The notes: a model not told the origin generated them from the letters alone. A DNA stretch of 64,000 nt from Candidatus Bathyarchaeum tardum (GCA_024650005.2 CP122380.1:320001-384000); one strand, 5' to 3'. Shown: positions 50,081 through 60,368, counted from the stretch's first letter. Program-made: numbers and translations.

Positions 50081-50362
50081 ATGAAAAGTAAAATGTTTAT
50101 GGATAAAGATGTTTTTGCGTTAGACGAGAAAATTGGTGAAGTCAAGGAAATAGAAATCGATCCTGAAGAGTGGAAAATCACACATCTTGAGATTCGGTTG
50201 ACAAAAGAAGCAGCTAATGAAATACTTGGAGCAAAAATGGAAATCAGCAACATGTTAGCTATTTCTGCCCTAGAAAAAGGAGTTGCACGTTGGACAGATG
50301 CGGGACTACACATTAAAGTATCAAAAGATCAACTTCACATCTATCTAAGACCAATAGATTAA
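50081..50362 (+). CDS. PRC-barrel domain protein
   Basis: KDVFALDEKIGEVKEIEIDPEEWKITHLEI; AAGGAGG SD. Confidence 0.75.
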   Translation: MKSKMFMDKDVFALDEKIGEVKEIEIDPEEWKITHLEIRLTKEAANEILGAKMEISNMLAISALEKGVARWTDAGLHIKVSKDQLHIYLRPID

Positions 50363-50379
50363 ACGTAGGGGAGTTTACT

Positions 50380-50538
50380 ATGAATACGTGGCTAATGATT
50401 GCTATCATTATTTTGGTACTGTGGGCACTTGGGTTCTTTGCTTTACCGGGCATAGGCTCATTGATACATATTCTGCTCGTGATTGCTGTAATCTTGGTGG
50501 TCTTTTGGCTGTTTACCGGCAAAAAGCTATGGAAATAG
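50380..50538 (+). CDS. lmo0937/DUF5670-like 52-aa membrane protein
   Basis: LVLWALGF...GSLIHILLVIAVI; GGGGAG SD; missed by the ORF track. Confidence 0.75.
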   Translation: MNTWLMIAIIILVLWALGFFALPGIGSLIHILLVIAVILVVFWLFTGKKLWK

Positions 50539-51317
50539 CCCAAAATCTCCTTTTTTTAACGTTTAGTCTAAACTAGCGAAGAATAAATCGGTGAAACAGA
50601 TTGTACCTTAGTAGGCGTAAATGATATGGCGGCTGTAAAAATTGTTGAGTTAATAGATAACTCAACAAAGGCTTTGGAAAACACTTCTAAGAATCCATTG
50701 GCAGAAGCGGCAAAGACAATTTGGATAGTGAAATGGTTGAACGATCCTGAAGCTGGGATGCCAGTTTTATCCACGATTTCATTATTGTTTTCGAAATCTT
50801 GAGTTCGGGGTTCGATTATCTTACCTTCGGAGTAATTCTTCTTGTTTTGCAAAGTCGGACAAATCTTTTTAGAACAGGCTGTTAATAGAATTGGATATTT
50901 CAGCAGATTGATTGTGCTGGTCATACGGAGTCAAAGATTTTTCTTTAAGAGTTTTCAGGGGAATTACCGATAGTGATAACTATTTTAGTGGCTGTTGGTG
51001 CCACGCTTATCTTTCCCTTTACTCTGTTTGGCATCCTATTCAGATTTTCTCCTCACGCCATTTCAAGTCTTCTTCTGATGGGGACAATCGCAGTGCTCCA
51101 TATCAGGGTAGGAGAAGTGATAAATGGAATCTTTTACAAATGTAAAAATTTTTTTCTAACATCCTGGAGTGCAAGTCGCATGAAAATGGTGATAAGATAT
51201 CAAAATGAACTGCCAGTAGAACTATGAAAGGAAGCGATTGAGCAAAAGGAAAAAACAGTGTCTTTAGTGCTAAAAAAATTAATTCGTTTAATAGATTGAT
51301 TTAAAAATAATATTTGA

Positions 51318-52358
51318 GTGATTTTCCAAATGAGAGGGGATATCGAATTTTCTGTCGGAGAAAAAAATACAATCTGCCGTTTGGAAACGTTATGGCTAGG
51401 TCTGAGGATATACCGTGGGCTATTATTAAACTTGTTTAAAATAAGGGCTCCGCTGTTTTGTGGGCACAAATTAACGTACAACTGCAACCTCCAATGTGGA
51501 ATGTGCCCCTTTTGGAAAAGATTCAGCAAAGATTTGAGCACAGAGAGTGAAAAAGCAATTCTAAGGCAAATTTTTGATTCGGGTGCTTGCGGGATTGCGT
51601 TTGAAGGCGGAGAACCTCTCCTGAGAAATGATTTGGTCGAAATTCTTGCTTTTTCTCGGTCGCTGCCTTTGCACACAAGCCTTGTCACTAATGGAACTCT
51701 TCTCGAATCCAGAATAGACGAGATAGCACCTTACATCAATGGCGCCCTTTATGTTTCGTTAGACGGTCTAGAAAAAACTCATGACACTATTAGAGGCGTT
51801 AGTGGCTGTTTTAGAAAAGCGGTAAAAGGCATAATAGCGGCTAGAGAGAAGGTCGCATTGACAATCAACACGACGATAATGGCTGAGAATATCCATGAGA
51901 TTGAAGATTTGGTGAAGTTAGCAAAAGAATTGGATGTAAAAATATCCGTGGCTCTAGCGTATGAGTACTGCAACTCCAAGGCGTACGCACCTGCCAGTCA
52001 TGAAATAAGAGAAACAGCTGGAAAACTTGTCGAGATGAAAAAGAAGGGTTATCCTCTTGTGAATTCAATCAGTTATTTTAAAGTCATTGCAAAAGAGAAA
52101 AAATGGACATGTAAACCTTGGGCGGTAGTTAATGTGAGTCCAGAGGGGAATTTGGTCTTGCCCTGTTATGTTCGGAATGACTACACGACTAGCGTTTCTG
52201 TTTTTGAAACAGACATCAAAACTGCAATCTCGGGATTTGACTGGGAAGAAACACAGAACTGCCAAAACTGTAGTCTCCATTGTTATGTAGAGCCATCTCT
52301 TGTGCTTTCATGGGATTTTCGTACTTACCTAAATTGGGGCTTCAAATTAAGGGTATGA
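51318..52358 (+). CDS. Radical SAM protein (PTO1314-like); true start may be downstream
   Basis: CNLQCGMC, GGEP, C-terminal CKPW..PC..CQNCSLHCYVEPS. Confidence 0.8.
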   Translation: MIFQMRGDIEFSVGEKNTICRLETLWLGLRIYRGLLLNLFKIRAPLFCGHKLTYNCNLQCGMCPFWKRFSKDLSTESEKAILRQIFDSGACGIAFEGGEPLLRNDLVEILAFSRSLPLHTSLVTNGTLLESRIDEIAPYINGALYVSLDGLEKTHDTIRGVSGCFRKAVKGIIAAREKVALTINTTIMAENIHEIEDLVKLAKELDVKISVALAYEYCNSKAYAPASHEIRETAGKLVEMKKKGYPLVNSISYFKVIAKEKKWTCKPWAVVNVSPEGNLVLPCYVRNDYTTSVSVFETDIKTAISGFDWEETQNCQNCSLHCYVEPSLVLSWDFRTYLNWGFKLRV

Positions 52359-52582
52359 CTCGCGCCATCAAAGCGTATGTTAACGAACACGGAAAGAAAA
52401 GAAAAAACGCTAAAGAAGAACGTAATCAATCCAGCAACATCAGGCAACTGCTAAGCCAACTTTTACTAAGAACGATTAGCTGATTTTCTTGCAACAATCT
52501 TTTCTGTATTCCATCTTTTTTGCTACTGTGTTGCTTTACCCATTTATAACCGGCCAAAACTAATTAACTGTCTTTTCTTCAG

Positions 52583-53095
52583 TTAGAAGTGGTTCATGAT
52601 AAAATTTCTAACAGTTTGATGGTTAGCCAAAAGTTCGATGATCTTTTTTGTAGTTTTGGTTATTTGAACATCAAAAAATCTTGTTATAACCAACGAAATA
52701 ATAAACACAAACATACCTACAACAAGCATCCCAACAGAGTCTATCAAGCCAACAAACCATACGAAAAGAAATGTAATTACCCCGCCTATCATTCCCATTA
52801 ACAATGATCTTATGATGAAATAAAGTCTATTCAACCAGGTAGAAAACAATAGAACCTTTATCACTGCCCTTTTCTCGATTTCACTTTCATCGCCACTGCT
52901 GTGCTTTGCAACACCTTCTATCTGCTCCAATACCCTCTTTGCGTAATGAATGTCGGATAAATGCAACATCATCTTTGCATAACGAACTTCGGATAAATCC
53001 TTGGAACTTGCGCTTTGAAGCTCTAACAAAATCCTTTGGGATATTTCCTCTATTTCAGCATCCACTTTTTCTATTTTAGCCGCTTTACTTTCCAT
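52583..53095 (-). CDS. Hypothetical two-TM protein
   Basis: Coiled N-terminus and two TM helices. Confidence 0.7.
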   Translation of the reverse strand: MESKAAKIEKVDAEIEEISQRILLELQSASSKDLSEVRYAKMMLHLSDIHYAKRVLEQIEGVAKHSSGDESEIEKRAVIKVLLFSTWLNRLYFIIRSLLMGMIGGVITFLFVWFVGLIDSVGMLVVGMFVFIISLVITRFFDVQITKTTKKIIELLANHQTVRNFIMNHF

Positions 53096-53432
53096 TTATC
53101 ATACCCGAATATTCTAGTATTTTATTTAGCAACTCAGTTAACTTAGCTGTTACCTGATCTGCAGTTAAAACAATTCGTATACATATTCCATAATGAAACT
53201 TGCCCGCCCTTACGGTTCGTGTACGGTAATCCGTAATTGATCCTTCAGTTTTCAATGCCCTCAATTCTCTTTCTATAAAATATGAAACAAAAAAAGGAAT
53301 GACCCGTTCAAAGATATGGAAGAATTTAATGAAAATTGGCAATAAAAGATTAAAAATAGGAAGAAATGCGCGCCCACGCGCAGGAAAAAACCTCACAATA
53401 ATTGGAATGAAGTTTACAAGATTTAGTTTCAT
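53085..53432 (-). CDS. Hypothetical protein
   Basis: 115-aa ORF in a tightly packed operon. Confidence 0.6.
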   Translation of the reverse strand: MKLNLVNFIPIIVRFFPARGRAFLPIFNLLLPIFIKFFHIFERVIPFFVSYFIERELRALKTEGSITDYRTRTVRAGKFHYGICIRIVLTADQVTAKLTELLNKILEYSGMINGK

Positions 53433-53439
53433 AGGGTCA

Positions 53440-53670
53440 TCAGATACTTGTTTCTGGGTTATGTTCTTTTTTGGTTATGAGCAGCCTTATTGCAATGTCG
53501 ATTGTAACTCCTTCTTTATGACTTTCCACGTTAAAACGCCAATCTGTTGATTCAATATTCGCGTCCTTTACTAGATCGGCCACGTTTTCTTTGAATTCGC
53601 CAGCTGCATTTTTAATCTGGCTCATTTTGCTTATAGCTTCATCAATTACTTCTTCTCTTTTATCATTCAT
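53440..53670 (-). CDS. Small hypothetical protein
   Basis: 76 aa; GGGGTGA SD. Confidence 0.65.
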   Translation of the reverse strand: MNDKREEVIDEAISKMSQIKNAAGEFKENVADLVKDANIESTDWRFNVESHKEGVTIDIAIRLLITKKEHNPETSI

Positions 53671-53688
53671 ATCCTTTCACCCCCTACT

Positions 53689-54126
53689 TCAATGTTTCAT
53701 AGACAATGTGATTATTCTGGAGCATTTGGAATGTTCATATCCTGTTGAAAAGGGTGATTGGAATTTGCCAATATTCTCGCTGATGACGCCATAGCCGTTT
53801 TCTGCAAGTGAGTTTGGCAAATTATCTAACTTCAGATGTTCATCTTCTTGATGTTCTCCTTGGTGTTCTTCCCTGTGCTTGAACTTGAGTTTGATGGTTG
53901 AATTCATTATTACTTTGTCTAGAGTTACGTTCGAGATGTCTCTATAACTGTAATCGGTGTAGTCCTTCTTCAAACCAAGTGCATTAGGATGCCACAGAAT
54001 TATTCGTTCATTTGTAATGATTACGGAATCAATGTTAATCCGAGGATGATAGATTTTTTCCTCAATATACAGTTCAACTTTTTCTTTCGAGCCAGGTATT
54101 TTCTTTAAATCATCAGGAGTAGCCAT
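53689..54126 (-). CDS. Bacterial-type PH domain protein
   Basis: SVIITNERII...GLKKDYTDYSYRDISNV. Confidence 0.7.
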   Translation of the reverse strand: MATPDDLKKIPGSKEKVELYIEEKIYHPRINIDSVIITNERIILWHPNALGLKKDYTDYSYRDISNVTLDKVIMNSTIKLKFKHREEHQGEHQEDEHLKLDNLPNSLAENGYGVISENIGKFQSPFSTGYEHSKCSRIITLSMKH

Positions 54127-54206
54127 AATTATTAACCAACTTGCATGATCATTCTTTCAGGCATCCTTGTTGCCATTTTGAATAAATAGCCATTCGAGCG
54201 TCATTG

Positions 54207-54252
54207 ATAAGGTCGACGTTTTGAACGTAAGACATTGTCATGCTATGCAAAC
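54207..54252 (-). promoter_or_regulatory. 46-bp promoter repeat (copy 2, inverted)
   Basis: Inverted copy of 49986-50031 in the divergent gap between the PH gene and the wHTH gene. Confidence 0.75.
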
Positions 54253-54321
54253 ATTGTTTTTTAATAGTTTAAAATACCCAAATTATTACAGGTAAAGATT
54301 AGTATATTAAGAGGTTTTTGT

Positions 54322-54624
54322 TTGAAGAGAAATAGGTTTGAAATAGTCAAGGACATATTGATACTAACTAAAGAAAAGAACTTGAAAACGCCCATTTTGT
54401 CTGGTGCAAACCTGAGTTACAATCAGTTAGAGAATTATCTTGATTTACTTATCAATAGGGATCTTTTAAAATCCTATGAATTTGAAGGAAAAAAATTTTA
54501 CAAAACCACAGAGAAGGGTTTCAATTTTTTAAAGGTCTATCAGGACCTTAACCCACTTTTGAATGCCCACGCGTCACCAACAGTGTGGGAAAAATATGTA
54601 CAACAATCAATTATGCAGAGGTGA
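54322..54624 (+). CDS. Archaeal winged-helix transcriptional regulator (HTH_45-like)
   Basis: KRNRFEIVKDIL...ANLSY..L..YL...YKTTEKG. Confidence 0.85.
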   Translation: MKRNRFEIVKDILILTKEKNLKTPILSGANLSYNQLENYLDLLINRDLLKSYEFEGKKFYKTTEKGFNFLKVYQDLNPLLNAHASPTVWEKYVQQSIMQR

Positions 54625-54630
54625 TTTTGT

Positions 54631-54876
54631 TTGAACAATCTTTTGCTTGGAATTAATTTGTCTGACCCTAACTTTTGGTGGCTACTTATTGTTCTATTGG
54701 TGATAGGTTTAGTTGTCATATTGGCTTTCGGATTCTTGCTTGCATTTCCCTTCGCAGCCTTGACTGGAATAGTTGTGTTTTTGTTGACCGGCAGTCTTTT
54801 GTGGTCTGGATTAGCGTTTCTGATAGTGGCATTGCTTGTTGCTGCAATAGGAAAAATGTCCCGTAGGCGACGTTAA
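54631..54876 (+). CDS. Small hydrophobic membrane protein
   Basis: 81 aa, mostly TM, with a basic tail. Confidence 0.65.
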   Translation: MNNLLLGINLSDPNFWWLLIVLLVIGLVVILAFGFLLAFPFAALTGIVVFLLTGSLLWSGLAFLIVALLVAAIGKMSRRRR

Positions 54877-55004
54877 AAAACAGATAATGAAGAACGCAAG
54901 CAAACACCCCTCTTCTTTTATTTTAGACTTTTTTATTCAACTTTCAGAGCGCTTAAAGAAATCTAAATAAGGTAATTTGTCATATTATTATATAGTGAAT
55001 ATTT

Positions 55005-55553
55005 TTGAAGATGATTACTCGTACTTTTCGATTGAATCCAGAATATGACAAGATTATGAATGATGAAGCAGAGAAGCATGGTCTTAGTGTTAGTGCCCTT
55101 CTAAATCAGATTATTCGGCAATATGTGTTGGTTTCAAGGTTTACTGAGAAAATTCCAGCGATTACCCTTTCATACAATACGTTTGTTCCAATCTTGGAGC
55201 GTATACCTGACAACGATTTGGTTGAGGTAGCGGAAAAAACTGGTTCAATTATTCCTGAAGAGGCAATTTTACAACGAGGACAAAAACTAAACTATCAAAA
55301 TCTAACATGGTTTATAGACGTAGTTTATGGCAAATATGGAAACTGGTTTGATCCTTCCCAAAGCATCGTAAACGGCGAGGAAAGAGTTCATTTGGCTCAT
55401 CAACTGAATCATAAATGGAGCCAATACCTCGGGGGCTTCATGCGTACCATGTTCGAATCCACCTTAAATGTTGAACCTAAAATAGAAACAAGAGCCAATT
55501 CAGTGACCATGTATATTAAAAAATCTAAAGGTCCAATCCCACATATTGATTAG
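55005..55553 (+). CDS. Ribbon-helix-helix regulator with a C-terminal ligand-binding-like domain
   Basis: TRTFRL...EAEKHGLSVSALLNQII. Confidence 0.75.
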   Translation: MKMITRTFRLNPEYDKIMNDEAEKHGLSVSALLNQIIRQYVLVSRFTEKIPAITLSYNTFVPILERIPDNDLVEVAEKTGSIIPEEAILQRGQKLNYQNLTWFIDVVYGKYGNWFDPSQSIVNGEERVHLAHQLNHKWSQYLGGFMRTMFESTLNVEPKIETRANSVTMYIKKSKGPIPHID

Positions 55554-55614
55554 CTAGAAAACCCTAATGATTCGTTTTCTGTCAAAATAGCGTGGAGATG
55601 GGGCTTTAGGTAGG

Positions 55615-55863
55615 TTATTTTTTGTTTATGACCCAACTGTTAGCCTCAAATTTTACTTCATTGACTGTTATTTTATGGGTTTTTAGTTCTTTATTATCAG
55701 CGTCAAAGTCATTATTGTCGATCCAATCAAGTTCCTCATCCAAAAGATTAGAAAGCGCTAAAGACGTAAAGTCTTCTCTGGTTACGTCCATGATTTTGCA
55801 AACAAAATCTAGAGGCAAACCTAGTCTGTCATCAAATTTAACGTTACTTTTTTCATTCATCAA
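55615..55863 (-). CDS. Small acidic hypothetical protein
   Basis: 82-aa ORF. Confidence 0.45.
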   Translation of the reverse strand: MMNEKSNVKFDDRLGLPLDFVCKIMDVTREDFTSLALSNLLDEELDWIDNNDFDADNKELKTHKITVNEVKFEANSWVINKK

Positions 55864-55939
55864 ATAACATCAAATCTCAACTAACACATTTAGTTAACCT
55901 AGATTCTCCAGAGATGAATAAAAACATGAAGTATATACT

Positions 55940-55976
55940 TTAACACAATGTCTTACGTTGCAAACATGGAGTTTAT
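55940..55976 (+). promoter_or_regulatory. Third copy of the GTAAGACA-N-TGTCTTAC operator
   Basis: ACAATGTCTTACGTT (55945-55959) is identical to copy 2; TTAT lies 25 nt from the palindrome centre, as in copies 1 and 2. Confidence 0.6.
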
Positions 55977-56024
55977 TTACAATTTCATAATAATAGCATT
56001 ATTTGCATGGACGATGAATAAGTT

Positions 56025-56360
56025 TTGGAGCAACCAGAAATTATTGAACAGGGTTTGTTAGACGTTAAAACCCATAATCTTATGATGCGACTAATTGAAG
56101 AAAGACGAAGTCTTTCACGAATAAAAACCAATCAAATCAAGCACAGTAACAACGATGAAGAATATCGAAACTTCTTGAAGAAGTTGAAAAAAAATAAAGA
56201 AGAACACATCAAAGAACTAGAAGAACGCTTAGGAAAAACACCTGTTCTAAATTTGGAGATGAAGCCCCAGAAGAATCTTAGAGCACTGCTGACGAACCAA
56301 GGAAGCACAGAAAAGGGCACAGCTGAGTTATCGAAAGGGTATAATCTTCCAACAAAATAG
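56025..56360 (+). CDS. Helical hypothetical protein (ferritin-like pattern)
   Basis: LMMRLIEERRSL...EEHIKELEE. Confidence 0.5.
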   Translation: MEQPEIIEQGLLDVKTHNLMMRLIEERRSLSRIKTNQIKHSNNDEEYRNFLKKLKKNKEEHIKELEERLGKTPVLNLEMKPQKNLRALLTNQGSTEKGTAELSKGYNLPTK

Positions 56361-56409
56361 CATAACGAGTTCGGTGAGAACTCATGTATTTCAAGGAAAT
56401 AATTTTTAG

Positions 56410-57100
56410 TTGATTTGTTTACCGCTTACCGTTGTTGTTGGTGTATAATGAAGAAGAGGGTATAGTGCCCGCCCGTTGTGAATTGAAAGAAGTTTTGAAT
56501 AAACCAAATCTATTGGTTGTGCATGGAAACAGTTCAGACAGAGCCCTTGAACTAGCTAAAGAGCTATGAGCAGAAGTGATAATTCAGAACGGAAAAGGTA
56601 AAGGCAATGCAATTTCTGAAGGGTTAGACCTGCTTAATGGAGATGCATGTTATATTGTCTTTACAGATGCAGATTTCAAGTATCCTGCTAAACATACTAA
56701 GGAAATGGTTACCATTCTTGACTTGAATTTTAAAGTTGGAATGATTTTTGGGGATAGATTCATCGAGACTTATGGGTTAGAATCTGACAGAAATCAGTTC
56801 TACATCGGACATCAAATTTTAGGTTTTGTTCAAAGCGTTTTTAATGGAGTAAAAATGAATTATCATTTTACTCGGTTAAGAATCATGAGATTTGAATTAT
56901 TAAAAGGTTGGAAACCAAAATCATCTAGATTTGATATTGAAGCAGAATTAAATCGCCAGGTTAGGCGATTAGGATACACGATTGTAGAATTGCCAATTAA
57001 TTATCGAAAAAGATTGGGTAAAAAGAAACTTGGTTTCAGAAAGATATTGAGACGAATAATCATCTCAAGTATGATTGATGCGGATACAGAAGAGATCTGA
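56410..57100 (+). pseudogene. GT2 (Dpm1-like) glycosyltransferase pseudogene
   Basis: YNEEEGI...VVHGNSSD...LAKEL*AEV...GKGNA...FTDAD...FDIEAE; in-frame TGA at 56567. Confidence 0.8.
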
Positions 57101-57320
57101 GCTTAGCTGAGGTTTATTTTTCTATTTAAAACCAATTCTGCAAACGCGCGGCACACATCAATGAGGTTAGATTTTTTGCTTCTTTTTGTTCTCTTCTTCG
57201 GCTATATGTTTCGGGGGACATAGGATAATATCTTTAGATCTTAAACAATTAAGCCAATAGTCTTATAAGCGCGTATGCACATATTAAGTTATGAGAATAA
57301 GCAAAGTAAGGTGAATAAAA

Positions 57321-57383
57321 ATGATAACAAAAATAATACGTGAAAGCATCATAAGGCAATTTGCTTATTGGAAAAACATCTAG
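57321..57383 (+). CDS. 20-aa sORF
   Basis: AAGGTGA SD, then MITKIIRESIIRQFAYWKNI*. Confidence 0.4.
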   Translation: MITKIIRESIIRQFAYWKNI

Positions 57384-57441
57384 CCTTTGGGGCTTGCAAA
57401 AAAACTAAAAAAAATAAAAACTGGTGTAGGCGGTAATTGAA

Positions 57442-57585
57442 ATGGGCAGAATAAGTGTATCAATTTCGGATGAACTGGAAAAGTCGCTCAGGTTCAAGAC
57501 AATAGAAAGATTTGGCGGAAAAAAAGGCGACCTATCCAAAGCTGTTGAAGAAGCCATAAAAACATGGATTGCCACAGAAAAATAG
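57442..57585 (+). CDS. 47-aa ribbon-helix-helix protein
   Basis: MGRISVSISDELEKSLR...KKGDLSKAVEEAIKTWI; missed by the ORF track. Confidence 0.75.
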   Translation: MGRISVSISDELEKSLRFKTIERFGGKKGDLSKAVEEAIKTWIATEK

Positions 57586-57910
57586 ACACAGGCAGATACA
57601 AAATATCAATCGCCTTTTCGCTCACAGATGTAATCGCAATACACCACAACTTTCCTTTCAATAAGTTATTCTGGGGTTTTATCTTGTATGTAAAAAACAA
57701 GTACAGAATGAGCAGGTCAAACTAATTCAGCGAAGTTGAATGCAGATTTTGCATTTACGCGTCTATAAGTTACTGTTGGCGCAAATTCCCCTGTAACCGT
57801 TGGAAAGCAAATGATTGCTAACAAGTGGAATCCAAATTATTTCAGTGTTGAAACACTCATTCTTTAGAAACCCTGAATGTATAAACAAAGAGGATTAGAG
57901 AGGTGAAAAA

Positions 57911-58093
57911 TTGACTTTAAAACCTAAGACTATACAAATAGAGCGAATACCTGAAGCTAGAGACGCAGAAACATGGACAAAATTCAATGAAAGATTAAAT
58001 GACTTAGCAAATCAAGGATACAAAGTATCATTTACAACCGACACTTACATCCTATTAAGGAGAAAGACAGCCGCAACTCGGCGAGAAGAATAA
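57911..58093 (+). CDS. Small hypothetical protein
   Basis: GAGGTGA SD; LNDLANQGYKV pattern. Confidence 0.6.
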   Translation: MTLKPKTIQIERIPEARDAETWTKFNERLNDLANQGYKVSFTTDTYILLRRKTAATRREE

Positions 58094-58305
58094 CCTAAAA
58101 CGTGTATCTTTAAAGCGGAATACATGCACGTTTTTTATTCGTTGAACCTTCGAAGGTTTACTCAGGATTTTTTCGATCGAGACCGATCTGCATATCTGTA
58201 CTTGCGGAGAGGCACTCTTGAGAAGATTAATGCATTGCTAACAATTATAACTTTCAAGAGGCAAGTTTTACAAATGCAAAAACAAAAAGGGGGTATAATC
58301 TAGAG

Positions 58306-58545
58306 ATGTCCACAAAAACTTGGAAATCTCATCCTTTAAACACGACAATAGTGGAAATCTTGGAGCGAAAAGGTCCCGTGACAGATGTAGAACTCTACAA
58401 CTTGATTGGGGAATCCCATGGTGAAACTGGATTTGGAGACCTAAACAAGACCTTGATGCGACTGGAAATACACGGCAAAATATACGTCTCCACTAGCACG
58501 AAAGGAAAAAGAATGGTTGAATTGATCGCGAAAAAAGAGAGTTAA
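58306..58545 (+). CDS. Small archaeal winged-helix protein
   Basis: TDVELY...LNKTLMRLEIHGKIYV. Confidence 0.7.
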   Translation: MSTKTWKSHPLNTTIVEILERKGPVTDVELYNLIGESHGETGFGDLNKTLMRLEIHGKIYVSTSTKGKRMVELIAKKES

Positions 58546-58741
58546 TACATATGATGTTCTTTTACTTTTGTTCAAAACTTCCTAACTCTAGCTATGAAAC
58601 GCTCTAAAAATGTTTAATCATTATTCTTACATTGAACATCAATCACATTTGGAGTTGATGGATATTTTGTATAGAAATCAATCAAGATTACGAAATCATT
58701 TTCTTTATATTGCGAGGCGTTCTTTATTATTTGGTGATTAT

Positions 58742-58990
58742 ATGACTGAAGCAAAAAGAAAGAAGACTAAGCATACTGACACTTACGACGCTGAAAAAAA
58801 GATTGAACGTGAAACGGGGGACATTTATGATGAAGAACAAAGAGGAGAAATGTTGAAAGCAGACGGAATTACTGTTGCCGAAAATGGGTTTATGCAAGGA
58901 AGAAAAATGACTCCAAAAAAGAGAAAACATTCTAGTCATAAAGACACGGTTTCAGTTCAACTCGCTGCAGAAGAATACACTGAAGACTAA
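58742..58990 (+). CDS. Small hydrophilic hypothetical protein
   Basis: GGTGA SD before ATG 58742; DIYDEEQR...ITVAENGFMQG. Confidence 0.6.
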   Translation: MTEAKRKKTKHTDTYDAEKKIERETGDIYDEEQRGEMLKADGITVAENGFMQGRKMTPKKRKHSSHKDTVSVQLAAEEYTED

Positions 58991-59587
58991 ATCAGCGTTC
59001 ACTGTCACTGTCTCTTCTTACATCTTATGACAGTGGCTGTAAAAAGTAGAATTTGCCGTTATCCGCTGGACATCCACAGGGCAAATTCGTTACTTCGTTA
59101 AAATTGATAGACGATACGTTTTTGATTAGAATTCCTTTTGCACCACATTTTTTGCATTCGTAAATTATAGTAGATTTTGTTTCACTCAATTAATCACCTT
59201 AAACATTCGTGTTTTGACATTTTTGTATCTATGATAAAAACAAGATAAACTCAAATGAATCAAAAATCTAATGCACTCCACTGCTCTTAAATATTCTTTG
59301 TTGCCACGAATCATTTCCACAAGTTGTGATAACATTCTGCAAGTTGCTTTTGTTTTGTAGCAGGATTTAAACCGTTGCACATTTGAACAAACGTCTTTCA
59401 CAAGCTCACAAGGTGTAGTAACATCATTAGGAGAAGCATTATTTTCAAGCGATGTAGTTAAAATATTAACAGGTTTTGGGCTGGTAATACTTTCAGTTTT
59501 ATTCTTTGGGGGACGCACAAGAATAGATATTGTCCCATCGACCTCCACATGAAATCTATTTCACATCTTATGAATGGAGATGCTTTG

Positions 59588-59761
59588 ATGTCAAAAACTG
59601 AAAACACATGGGCATTTATTATTGCAATTGGATTAATTTTTGGTGCTGCAGCTGGTATTTTGTTATTTGTATTTACTCATCAGATCCTATACATACACAT
59701 TGGATCCGGACTATGATTAGTGTTTGGCGTAATGTTAGAATTAAATCAAAAAATCAAATAA
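59588..59761 (+). pseudogene. Small Gly-zipper membrane protein with an internal stop
   Basis: IAIGLIFGAAAG...GSGL*LVFG; TGA at 59714. Confidence 0.45.
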
Positions 59762-59800
59762 ATCTGAAAATTAGAGCGATGATTTGAAAAAGGAAAAAAC

Positions 59801-59938
59801 TTAACTTCTATCTTTTTGTCTTTGTAATCTGTTAACCTTCGCTTTTTTACGTTTCATCTCACGATCTTTCTTCTTACTAGGTTGAGCTTTCTCTCTTCCA
59901 CCTTTTTCTCCACCTTTCAATTGCCTATCTTTTCCCAA
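59801..59938 (-). CDS. 45-aa highly basic microprotein
   Basis: GAGGTGG SD, TTG start, MGKDRQLKGGEKGGREKAQPSKKKDREMKRKKAKVNRLQRQKDRS*. Confidence 0.55.
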   Translation of the reverse strand: MGKDRQLKGGEKGGREKAQPSKKKDREMKRKKAKVNRLQRQKDRS

Positions 59939-60053
59939 ACAATCCACCTCAATCAACCAAATATTTGCCCATTACATAATCATTAAGGCTATACTAATTT
60001 TTTTTTATAGCATTATGCCTCAAAATTGGTCTGATTACACAAAATAATTCTCT

Positions 60054-60269
60054 CTAGGCAACTAACGCTTTTAAAACCTGAACCATTTGATACAATTCAC
60101 CTCGCAGATTCTCTACTTGATTTGAAAACACAAGAAGTTGACCTTCTAGTTTTTTGATTTGTTCAGGCAATAACACATACTCAATAGCAGCATTTCTGCT
60201 CAAGTGATCGATTTCTCCTAGTAGTTCGCTTGGGCTGAGGTCCATTTTCTGTTTTGGAGTAAAAATCAT
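60054..60269 (-). CDS. Small coiled-coil hypothetical protein
   Basis: 71-aa ORF with a heptad pattern. Confidence 0.45.
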   Translation of the reverse strand: MIFTPKQKMDLSPSELLGEIDHLSRNAAIEYVLLPEQIKKLEGQLLVFSNQVENLRGELYQMVQVLKALVA

Positions 60270-60368
60270 GAATATCGATTTCTATCCCTATTGTTTTTCT
60301 CTGATTTTGTTGGTCACGTAATGGAAAACTTTATTTGATTTGTAAACTGTTTCGTTTACGGTGCTGTT

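Noticed and set aside
50568-51227. Several short overlapping ORFs on both strands
   Set aside because: No recognisable motifs; probably decayed coding DNA whose family I cannot assign.
56567-59716. Two in-frame TGA codons at Gly-expected positions (56567, 59714), suggesting TGA=Gly recoding
   Set aside because: Neighbouring genes use TGA as a real stop (52358, 54624, the GTGA overlap at 60587-60590), and the GT2 gene has other lesions. Simple GGA>TGA decay explains both.
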